Source of the DNA: Lingula anatina
Taxonomy: Eukaryota > Animalia > Brachiopoda
DNA length: 64,000 bases
Assembly: GCA_051362555.1 (NCBI GenBank)
Contig: CM120642.1
Location: 15,748,001 to 15,812,000, forward strand
Direction: 5' to 3'
Part shown: one piece after another, positions 1-12,414 of the stretch
How positions within the stretch are numbered: position 1 is the first letter of the stretch
Layout: every line of letters begins with the position of its first letter
Notes under the pieces: generated by a model
Database searches by the model: none
The model's input: only the letters and a program-made list of their open reading frames with translations
Told to the model about the DNA's origin: nothing
Made by a program: the position numbers and the translations under genes

Positions 1-69
1 CAATGACTGTGAATATTTCAATCAAATAGCAGTTTTAAAAAATAAGTTACATGTCTTCCCAAGACTTAC

Positions 70-3000
70 CAGGTACCAGTCACAGAGCTCATACAGCCAG
101 AAATTGTAGATGGCAGTTGTGGTGGTGGGGAAGTCGTACTCCTTGAAACCTTTATTGCACATATCCACAGCATAACTCAGGCGACTCAGAATCCATTTGT
201 CCATCAATTTTTCTCTGCCACTCAGCTGGAAATTCAAATTCATGAATAACCAATTAATTCAAAAACACTGAGAAATTGAACCGAAATATAAAACTATTAA
301 TTAACTCAGACTTCTCCTTTAGGATTAATATTTTTCTATTTTCATTTTCAAATCACAGAAAATATGTGGTGCCAACTCAAAGAACCTGGTGTCATTAACC
401 TATCAAATGGATAACACATACAGTCATCCATACCTTCAATGTTGCCTCTGGTTTGAAGTCCTCCCCGAGGCCACTGAGAGCAAATCTGGTGGCATTCCAG
501 AGCTTGTTACAGAAGAACCTGTACCCCTGGACACGCAGCACGTCCAGGTTAATGTCACGTCCTATAATACAGTATTAAAAAATTATACGGTTTACTTCAG
601 CAAAACTGACCTCCATTGACACAGCATGGCCTTGTCAGTGTTTAAACTAAAATATGCCAATTACAGATGCTTTGTGAAAACCGACTTTCCCAGTTCAAAC
701 CAAAGAAAATACCATTACTTTATTAATCACTGCATGGTTGAGTCATGGAGACCGGGGGAAGTGGAGGAAGATAACTTTTGCAGACTGAATTTCCACACAG
801 GTCATAACTCAATGTTGTTTTATCACAGAAATCCTATCTTACCTTGTGAGGTATATTACAGAAATCCTACCTTACCTTGTGAGGTATATGAGCAGAGGGC
901 AAAACGTAAAGCATCAGTTCCACATTCAGGAATACCATTAGGGAAATCTTCTTTCTGAAAGGGGTATTAGATAATATTCAGATCTCTTAAAATAAAGTGA
1001 ACTTCATTTTTCTTTTTCACGAAAAGGTGAATAAATTCTATATGCAAACACTATATACATTTTAGTTCTACAACTGGGGAACTGCAGTGAATTCTTATCA
1101 GCTGGGGCAAATAAAGCCTTTAAAATAAATCACTTGACCAAATATAACCTAAGTAATTTATAACTTTTGCTTACCTGTCCTTTCTTGGCCCTCTCAATTT
1201 CCTTAGGATCTAAATTGCTGTTGTACAGTTGCTTGTGCAAATCCTACAAAGAAAACAATACACTTCTACTTCAAAAAGAACAAAGGTATAACAAATACAT
1301 AAAGATCCAAATACTGGAACACAGTTTATTGGTTAGGAGTCTTCACGTGCTACAAAATATAGGTAGTGAATCAATAGTAAATTCTTTCATTTGCCACATG
1401 AAGGAATATACGGAAACTATTTAAGATACAAATATCTAAAATCTTCTCAGTTAACTCTCTATCATTAGGTGCATCATTCTGTTTTTCCACAGGATCTGAA
1501 TCATTCTAATAAAATAAATTAGGATATATTTACCTCAAGTGAAATGCCATTGATCACATCCACTGGGTCTATAGTGTTACCCAGGGACTTGCTCATCTTC
1601 CTGCCATGAGCATCTCTAACCAAGGCATGGAGGTAGACCTTAAAGAATATAACACTCAGAGATCAAAATCACATGTTGTAAGAAAAAGATCTGCATCTTA
1701 AAATACACCAAATATGAAAATTTAATGGCCAACTAAATTGAGATTGCTGCAATTTTGTATTGCATGCATCGTATTTTAATTTCCTGTTTAACTATTTTGA
1801 TACAATAATAACTGTCCATGAAAACTATAAATCTATAAAACTATAAACACCTTACTGAAAAATTCTGAAAACAAGCTTTTAAAATTCACTTTGTTACTTT
1901 AACATAATTTATAACATGTTTCTCACAGTCTATGCATATAACATTTTGCTCATATTGTTTTATAAGTTTTTTATCACATGTACCTCTTTGAAAGGCAGTT
2001 TTCCCACCAACTTGGTCCCCAGCATCACCATCCTGGCCACCCAGAAGAACAAGATGTCATGACCAGTCTCCAATAGAGTTCCAGGGTAGAAGAAATCCAA
2101 TTCCTGAGTCTTTAAAGAAGAAAAAACACCTAGACTGTTAAAATGTTGTTCATATACACACCTGTTTCATATAAAAAACTGCTTAATAAGAGAATTCTAA
2201 TATGTGTTTTATATATTTTTCTACATCAGATAAAACTTATTTAAACCAAAATTTTATCTCCTTAAGTTACTTTAAATTTAATGACTTAATTTTCGCCAAC
2301 TTAGTCTAGATTTATCTTTCAACAGTACATTCAGATGCATACTAAAGGCCTCTTAGGACTGCTCCTAGCAGATTTCAATCTAACAACATAATCTCAAAGA
2401 TGTTTACAAGGCCATATCTTGCTACTTTTTAAAAACTTCCAATTACCTGTTCAGGCCATCCAAAGATAGAGAAAGGGAAGAGACCTGAAGAGAACCATGT
2501 GTCCAGCACATCCCCATCTACAATTAATAATTTATTAAAATAAATAAATCTTAAGTGCTTAAACTGGTAAATCAGTTTGAGGTATGTATGTCATGAATCC
2601 TTATACCCCATAATTGGCAAAGCTACCAACATTATGTATTTTCAATGCAATTCAACCATGATAACAGAATTGATAATCTCAATATTGTGACCTTAATAAC
2701 ATAATCCCCTTTAAAACCAAGTGATCTAACATATGTTAAGATCCAGAGATTTTAAATAATTAAAATATTCTTCTGCAATTTGACAAGGAAAGTCTAAAAC
2801 TATTCCTTTGAAAATCTGTTTAATGTCCCTAGACATGACATCATGTAAAACTTAATATATTAATTTAAGTTAAAAGTATTTTTCTCCTCTAGTTGTCTTA
2901 CTATCAGCACTTCTCACCAAAATCCCTACCTTGCTTAAGTATAATTTTATCTGGAGTGACCTTGAATTTTGCAGCTGCCTTTTCTTTGGCCTCTTCTTCA

Positions 3001-6000
3001 GTTCTACCACTGAACCAGTAACTGCCATCTGATTCCTACCAATAGTTAAGACAAAATTATTGATTTCACAGAAGAGATGATAGTCCGTTAACATATTATA
3101 ATGCACACCAGGCTAACACAATCAAAGTATAAAAAACAATGTTGCACTAAAACAGATTCATAATTTTTAAAATATTGACATAAATTCAAAACTTTTCTGT
3201 ACCTCTCCCTTTGGAACATTCGGATCATTGACTTCAGCAAAGTATGCTGGGATACGGTGGCCCCACCACAACTGACGAGATATGCACCAATCTCTGTACA
3301 AAATAAAAGATCGTTATAAACACTTGTAAATAGGGGAAAAACTGGGGAATCAAGAAAGTATGCTGGAATGTTTCAATCACAATATTGAGAAAGGCACTTA
3401 CACAAGGATAAGGGGTGCATAATTTCATACACAAAGTACAACAACTACAATTAAAACATTATTACGGGCATGACCAAATATATCAAGGAAAGAAATAACT
3501 TAATTCATGACATAGTGACCTGCAGTTTTCCATCCAGTTGAACCACGTCTTCAGATGGATGTCAGGAATGATTTTCAGTTCTCCACTTCTCACAGCCTGA
3601 GACAAACAAGGTGGTCAATTATAATGTGGTCTTATCAGAGTTGATATTATTCATTTTGCGATTTAGTTTCTTTTTTGTTGTCTATCTCATTAATTCTTTA
3701 TTCATATAATTTTTAAAATCCAACATCAACACTGAACTGAAACCCTGAAACTGAAATCATCAAGAACTAGAGGATCAGAGAGGCGATACCGCCTCCAAAT
3801 ATTGTACCACCAGCTGGAGCAAGCGCATTCGTATAGACCCCCACATACACAAAATAAGGGACACAGCCACTAGTTTTGTGCTTGACAAGCTGTAAAAATG
3901 CAATCAACAAGAATTTTTAAACTATTGCAAAAAATATATATGGTACAATCAAATTTAAGTTCTTCGTAAGGTAGGTCAAGGGTCAATTTCAAGGTCACAG
4001 TAAATTGCCCGTATATGACTTCCTATTCAAGTTCAAGAGTAACTATGGACCTATCTCTGTCAAGTTTGAAGTTAAAAGAGAAAGAAATTAGCAGAGTTCA
4101 GTTCATGATAATAAGTAGGTCAAAGGTCATTTTCAAGGTCACACTTAGATTGCCAGTATAGGACTTCCTATTCAACTTCAATAGTAACTATGGACCTATC
4201 TCAGCCAGTTTTGGAGATAAAAGGGAAGCAAAATTTGCAAAATTCAGTTCATGGTGAAAAGTAGGTCAAAGGTCAATTTCAAGGTCACATTTAGATTGCC
4301 AGTATATGACTTTCTATTCAAGTTCAATAGTAACTATGGACCTATCTCTGCCAGTGTTGGAGATAAAAGGGAAGCAAAATTTGCAAAGTTCAGTTTATGG
4401 TGAAAAGTAGGACAAAGGTCAATTTTAATGTCACATTTATATTGCCAGTATATGACTTCCTATTCAAGTTCAATAGCAACTACGGACCTATCTCAGCCAG
4501 TTTTGGAGATAAAAGGAAAGCAAAATTTGCAAAATTCAGTTCATGGTGTAAAGTAGGTCAAAGGTCAATTTTAAGGTCACATTTAGATTGCCAGTATATG
4601 ACTTCCTATTCAAGTTCAATAGTAACTATGGACCTATCTCATCCAGTTTTGGAGATAAAAGGGAAGCAAAATTTGCAAAATTCAGTTCATGGTGTAAAGT
4701 AGGTCAAAGGTCAATTTTAAGGTCACATTTAGATTGCCAGTATATGACTTCCTTTTCAAGTTCAATAGTAACTATGGACCTATCTCTGCCAGTATTGGAG
4801 ATTAAAGGGAAGAAAAGTTTGCAAAGTTCAGTTCATGGTGAAAAGTAGGTCAAAGGTCAATTTTAAGGTCACATTTAGATTGCCAGTATATGACTTCCTA
4901 TTCAAGTTCAATAGTAACTACGGACCTATCTCAGCCAGTTTTGGAGATAAAAGGAAAGCAAAATTTGCAAAATTCAGTTCATGGTGTAAAGTAGGTCAAA
5001 GGTCAATTTTAAGGTCACATTTAGATTGCCAATATATGACTTCCTATTCAACTTCAATAGTAACTATGGACCTATCTCTGCCAGTTTTGGAGATAAAAGG
5101 GAGGAAAAATTTGCAAAGTTCAGTTCATGGTGAAAAGTAGGTCAAAGGTCAATTTTAAGGTCACATTTAGATTGCCAGTATATGACTTCCTATTCAAGTT
5201 CAATAGTAACTATGGACCTATCTCTGCCAGTTTTGGAGATAAAAGGGAAGCAAATTTTGCAAAGTTCAGTTTATGGTGAAAAGTAGGTCAAAGGTCAATT
5301 TTAAGGTCACATTTAGATTGCCAGTATATGACTTCCTATTCAAGTTCAATAGTAACTACGGACCTATCTCTGCCAGTTTTGGAGATAAAAGGAAAGCAAA
5401 ATTTGCAAAATTCAGTTCATGGTGTAAAGTAGGTCAAAGGTCAATTTTAAGGTCACATTTAGATTGCCAGTATATGACTTCCTTTTCAAGTTCAATAGTA
5501 ACTATGGACCTATCTCTGCCAGTTTTGGAGATAAAAGGGAAGAAAAATTTGCAAAGTTCAGTTTATGGTGAAAAGTAGGTCAAAGGTCAATTTTAAGGTC
5601 ACATTTAGATTGCCAGTATATGACTTCTTATTCAAGTTCAATAGTAACTACGGACCTATCTCTGCCAGTTTTGGAGATAAAAGGAAAGCAAAATTTGCAA
5701 AATTCAGTTCATGGTGAAAAGTAGGTCAAAGGTCAATTTTAATGTCACATATAGATTGCCAGTATATGACTTCCTATTCAAGTTCAATAGTAACTACGGA
5801 CCTATCTCTGCCAGTTTTGGAGATAAAAGGAAAGCAAAATTTGCAAAATTCAGTTCATGGTGTAAAGTAGGTCAAAGGTCAATTTTAAGGTCACATTTAG
5901 ATTGCCAGTATATGACTTCCTATTCAACTTCAATAATAACTATGGACCTATCTCTGCCAGTTTTGGAGATAAAAGGGAAGAAAAATTTGCAAAGTTCAGT

Positions 6001-9000
6001 TCATGGTGAAAAGTAGGTCAAAGGTCAATTTTAAGGTCACATTTAGATTGCCAGTATATGACTTCCTATTCAAGTTCAATAGTAACTACGGACCTATCTC
6101 TGCCAGTTTTGGAGATAAAAGGGAAGAAAAATTTGCAAAGTTCAGTTCATGGTGAAAAGTAGGTCAAAGGTCAATTTCAAGGTCATAGTAAGATTGCCAG
6201 TATATGACTTCCTATTCAACTTCAATAGTAACTATGGACCTATCTCTGCCAGTTTTGGAGATATAAGGGACTAGATGTTATAATTTTGGAGTTACCATAA
6301 TGTGCCTTAAATTTCGTACAGAAAAAGTTAATTAAAATAAAGAAAATGTCATTTTGGTCAAAATTCTTGAAATAGGAGGTGCTCTGAAGTTTCAGAAGTT
6401 CAAATTTGATGAAATAATGTCATTTTTGAACACAAGTTGTCTGCTTTGCCAAGCCTTATGTTTTATTTTTCCAGAGTTCAAAATTTATTATCCATTACCG
6501 TACTGCACATTTTGCTTTTACCACCAATATGTACTTTTTGATAGAGCGTAACTCGAAAACCGTATGGAATACAAAAAAACGGAGACCACCTCCAGTGTTG
6601 GGCTTTACATGCTCTACAAAATGCAAAAAAGAATGGGTCTCTAGCATTAACGGTTCCCGAATTAGAGACAGTTTTCAGTTTCGGTATCTTATGGCTGCTA
6701 CTCCCGTGAAAATGCACCGATTGACCCCAAATTCATGGAGATGAAAGATGACCTGAAGGGTAACACTTTCCAATAATATTATTGGTTAAGTCTGTGTGGT
6801 GTCTGAATAACAGGGCAAAAAAAATTTTTTTCGTAAAAAATTTCATTTTTTTTTAAATTTTGGCCCATTTGACCTTGAAGTAGAGGTCAAAGGTCAAATC
6901 CAAGGGTATATTTGAAATCTACACATATGACTTTTGGAAAGCCGTCTATAGAAATTTTTCCCATAACTCTTTCCGTAGGGTAGATAATTAGCATTTAATT
7001 TTGCCATTTTTAGACAAGGGTGCATTGCAATGAGTGCCACACCCAGACCCCAATAACGACAAAGCCCAAATTTTACGTGGAACGAGTTGAGATTATAGGT
7101 GACCTAAATCCATGAGATGGGTACGGGGGCCCTTACCGTCTAGGAGGAGAAGCGGTAACGGTAGCCGTCCGGCGGAGCCGGCGGAGCCGGCGGAGCCAAC
7201 GGAGCCGGCGGAACGATCCGGACGGGACCGAAACCATGTGTACCGCCAGCGCTAACGCTGGTGGTACAATAAATCAACAAAACAATAGTTTGTCTTCCTT
7301 AAATGAAATTTATATTTTAAAAAATATCATACAATTTCATGGACAAAAGAGAAAATTGTAAGTTCCTCTAAAAAATAGAAGGGCTAGTCAACAAACTTAA
7401 TGTCAATTTGCTGATACACAACAGTAAAAAAAAAAACATTCAGATCTGTTATTTTTTCCAATATTAAAACTTTGTCTTTGTCTTAAACCTTTTATTGCCA
7501 GACTCTCTAGATAAAGCCATTCTCCCCTCTCACCTCCACTGCCTTGCTGGCCATATCAGAGCAGTCCACATACCACTGGGGCTTCAGCAGTGGCTCTATG
7601 ATATCTTTGGAGCGACTGAAAATCACATCAACACGTGAATAGTTATTATGACATTCATCAATGATAAAACTCTGATAATTTAATAATCTATAGCTCACTT
7701 TAATAATTTAAGAATAACATAAAAACAATAATGAATTGTACACTTTTCTCTGCTTTTGTTCAAAACACACCTCTTAATATATTTTTCAGCACATAGTTTA
7801 CGGATGTAAGAAGGAATATTTCACAAACAAAATGCGTCATATAAATAAAAACATCAGCAGTACATCATACTACTCAGTAACAGAACTTTTATAATTTTAG
7901 TTACCTGCAGACTGGCACCACCATAGGATTATCTTGTATATCACGGAATAGCTGCAACTCCTTCAGTTCCTTCAGTACAGCCTTCCTGGCATCAAACCTC
8001 TTCATGCCCTAGAGATTTAAAAAGAATCATGAGACAGGAGAAAATTCATCATCGATTCCAAACTTTACAGCAAATATCTTTATCAATAACATATTAAACC
8101 AAGATGGAAAAACCTTTCTCTGGCACAGCAATCAGAAAGCTCTCTCAGTTACAACCATCCTAAATAAAGATCTCTCAATGACATTTTCCTTACAGTAAAT
8201 ATCCCACAGTCTCCACAAATGTTCCCACTGTCATCTATGATGGTGATGAAGTCTAGGTTGTGCCTCTTGCCTACATCATAATCATTGTGATCATGGGCTG
8301 GGGTGATCTTCACAGCACCTGTAAGTACAATTAAGAAATCAATGTGGTTACAGTGAAAAAAAACATGGGTTTTACTTTACTTTTTCACTATTACATAAGG
8401 AATATCTACAAAACCTGTTTTTGGTTCACTCTTAAGTCTGAACTATAAATGCTTCATGGAATAGGCACATCCTGTGGGCCTTGTATACCTACCTGTACCA
8501 AAGTTCATGTCCACAAACTCATCACACACAATTGGCATCTTTCTGTCACAGAATGGGTGTTGCACATACTTCCCATGCAGGTGCTTGTATCTCTCGTCAC
8601 TAGGGTGTACAGCTACGGCTGAGTCTCCCAGCATGGTCTCAATACGAGTGGTGGCCACAACTACTTCTTCATCTGAAATAAACAGATTTATCTCTTTTTT
8701 TCAACATTGAAGTAGTTACTAACAGGGTGGTAGGGGGGGGGGAGAGTTTGTATTAAGAACTTTAACATAAAAAGAAACAGATGAAACCTTCTGATATGCA
8801 TGAACACATACACATGTTGAAATATCCACCAAAAATTCTAAAAGATCCATTCCCAAATTTACTACCTAGTACTGAAAGTAGCTCAGAGCGAGCACACACA
8901 CCAAGCATAAAAAAAATGCTGGTTTGAGCAAAATACTATCCATTCAGCTCAACAAAATAGCAGAGGAAAGACAGACTTGGCATCTAATGATAGATAAGAT

Positions 9001-12000
9001 AGACAACTGAGGAATAGGAAAGAAAGGAGTGAAGAGAATAAGAGAATTCAGGCATTGCCATGTAGTGTGTCAAGTGATGCAGTCAGAACACACTACAGAC
9101 AATGATTTTCTTGTTTATTTGTAATCATCCAATAAAATAAGTCCAGTTCTTAAAATTCCAAGTTGTCTTCAAATCATTGAAGAGATTCACATAAACAAGA
9201 CTGATAAACTTCAACAAATTCTCTTTCAGGAAAAAAACCCAGCCACTTGAATAATATATAACTTCCACTAAAATTCCTCTTTTCATAAATGTTCCAACAA
9301 ATTTTTATAATAAATCAGGCAACTTTCAAAACTTTCTCTTCCACAAGGCAAGATGCTATAACCCCAAATTTGAGAGTTAAAAATTATAAAATACAAACTA
9401 ATTGTTTTACATAAAACAATAAAAAAATATACCCACCAGAATCTACCACCTTGTAAGCAAAGGACACCAACACCCCAAACTCCACCTTGTCCTTATACCC
9501 TGGCACTGGAAGGGGGGTCCTGCCCGTGATCTCCTTCTTGTCAACCTGATAATTAAACCAGGAGAACAATGTGAGATTTTCAGTATTGCACAATGCATAT
9601 GTTTTAAGTGACTGATGTTGAGAAAAAAAGATTACTCTGTTTTGATGTAATTAAGAAGTATATCCTTAAGAGATTATTACAAAAAAAGGTCTTACTTTGA
9701 ATGTCTCAACATTTGAACACCCTAATTAATTACAATGAAAAAAAAAAAAAGAAAAAAAAACATTAAGATAACGTTTCCTTAAATGTTTTCTCATAAACAT
9801 TATAACATTTAAAAATGTTTCTCTTGAAACAATGTAATAAGCATTATCTTTTCAAACATTTTTAAAAATGTTTCTCAAAAACGTTAAAACATTTTTGAAA
9901 CCATACCAAATCAATATCTAAACAATTAAACACCCTACTTAATTACATGGAAACAATATGGTTATAATTTGGAAAAAAGGAAAAAATAAAAACATTATGT
10001 TTTCTAGAAACATTATCACGAAGTTGAAAAGCATTTTTCTTGAAACATTGTAATAACATTTTAAACACATTTTAATAACATTTGTTTGAAATGTATAAAC
10101 CATAGCCCTGTTTATTTGAAATAGCAGACATGAAAATGAGATGAACCCATGTCCCTGTACATAATATACATATAATACTTACTTCTATATCTGAGATGGC
10201 AGAGTTCAAGGTACAGGACCAGTTTACAAGTCTTGTGCTTCTGTATATAATTCCTTCCTCATGGAGCCTCACAAAAGCTTCTTTTACAGCAATGCAGAGT
10301 TTCTGAATTGATAGAAAATACAATGTGATGCATTATTCAAATAAAATAAACAAAATACAGGAAAATAATATGAGGATCTGTGTGTTAAAGTCTTAATAAC
10401 TTGGGCCTTTGGGAAAATCAGTTGGGATTTCTATAAGAAATGAATATCCATATCAAGGGTCACAATTATCTGATGTTGCATTACTGGTTTTCTTCTAGTA
10501 CTCTCATTTTTCTCCAAATATATCAGTTTGAAAATTACCTACAACATCAAATATTTGAACCAAATAAATGCTGAACTGAAGACAACAAGAAAATCATAAT
10601 TACGATATTTTTTATTTATCTACTTAACTGATCAATCATTATCACTTTTATCAATCAATGAAAAGAATTCAAACCAGCATGTGATCAGTGATGTCCAGCG
10701 AGTACTCACAGGGTCCATGGTAAAACAAGCCCTTTCCCAGTCAAATGAACTGCCCATCTTCCTGAGCTGATGATAGATATTATCTCCTTTCCTAAAATCA
10801 CGGACAAGATGCACAATGATTTAAAACATGCATGACATTAAAATATATACACAGCAGAACAAAAAAACTGCTAATCCAACACGCATTGAAAATGGTTATC
10901 CTGTATTTATGCAAATATCTAAATTATTGTCAGGACTTGCTCTCATCTGTTCAAAACCCAGTGATCTGACTTCATTATTTCCATATCCTAAAATTATCTA
11001 ATAAGACATAACAACCTACCACCTTGTTTACATTTATATAACATAATATTTAACAAATATATCATTTGAGTCTTCCAATATTTTAATCGAGAACTCACTC
11101 GTTCTTCCATTTCCACACTTCATCCACAAACTTTTCTCTTCCCAGATCATGCCTGCTCTGTCCCTTCTCTCTCATCAGTTTTTTCTCCACCACCACCTGT
11201 GTGGCAATACCAGCATGGTCGCACCCTGGGTTCCACAGGGTAGTTTCACCTCTCATCCTGTGCCTTAAGTCAAATATCATACAGTCAAATTATTATTATA
11301 AATTATTATTTATTTCGGTACAAGTATGTTTTTACAATTCATATGACATATATTCCACAATTAGAGCTTAATCCTACCCTGGTTTTCACCTCATTCAGTG
11401 CCTAAAGTCAAACATAAGCTGAAACAACTGCAATGCCATGCCCTACGTGCAGGGTGGTTTCACTTCAAATGCTGAGTATGAAGGAAAACCCCATGCATTA
11501 AGTTTTTAGCCCAAATATTAATAATTTTAACTAAAAAGTTAAACTTAAAATAAAACAAGGCAGCAAAGCTGTCAAATGTACAGACAAAAAACAGAAAATA
11601 AAGATGCAAAAAAGGTCATTTTGTCAATTTTGATGCAATAATAAATAATGCTTATAATAGCACTATCAGTCAACACTGAATTTTATAATCATGCACAACA
11701 GGTAAAATGGTCAATAACATGAGCGGACCCAGAGATATTCTCTGACAGTATTCCAAAGTATCTATTTTGATCCATCCTCCATTTTGATGGTCTTCCAACA
11801 GAAGAAAAAATAGATACCAGGCAATATAAACTTAATAACCTGACTGTCTTCCGGAAGTCCCAGAAGATGGTCTCAATCTACCCTTTCAATAAGATTACAG
11901 TTTCAGGACCATGAGAGTTCAAATTCACATGATGTAAGTCTCAATATTTGAAAAATGATGACAGTGCATAAAATAATATTACATAAGTAACATAATGTTT

Positions 12001-12356
12001 AAAGACATAAAAAACAATACAACTGCTTATGTGGAAATACAGAAATGTCAGAGTCTCAGGCGGATGAGAGTTAAAAGTCACAAATGCAAGTGTTTGAGAA
12101 AAAATTATAAAGGAAAACATAACAAAACTAGAAAAGCACTCCGAGAGTGCAGACCTCTGCCAAGGTAGCAATTGTTGATTATTATTGATCTTTGTCCTCT
12201 TTGGCCCACTTCTGACAGTTCCTGAAAATTTCAGCAAAATCGGTCCATAACTTTTTGAGTTATGTTGATGACAAACAGGGGTGAAAATATAACCTCCTTG
12301 GCAGAGGTAAATATAATTCCAATGAAGCTGCTATTCAAACTTTTAATCTTTCAGTT

Positions 12357-12414
<58 letters not shown>

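Noticed and set aside
4397-6016. Five near-identical 86-101 aa ORFs
   Set aside because: They are translations of the 146-bp tandem repeat recurring every 3 units, inside an intron, with no protein-family signal.
3968-6270. CRISPR-like regular repeats
   Set aside because: Units are contiguous near-identical monomers with no unique spacers, there are no cas genes, and the context is eukaryotic.
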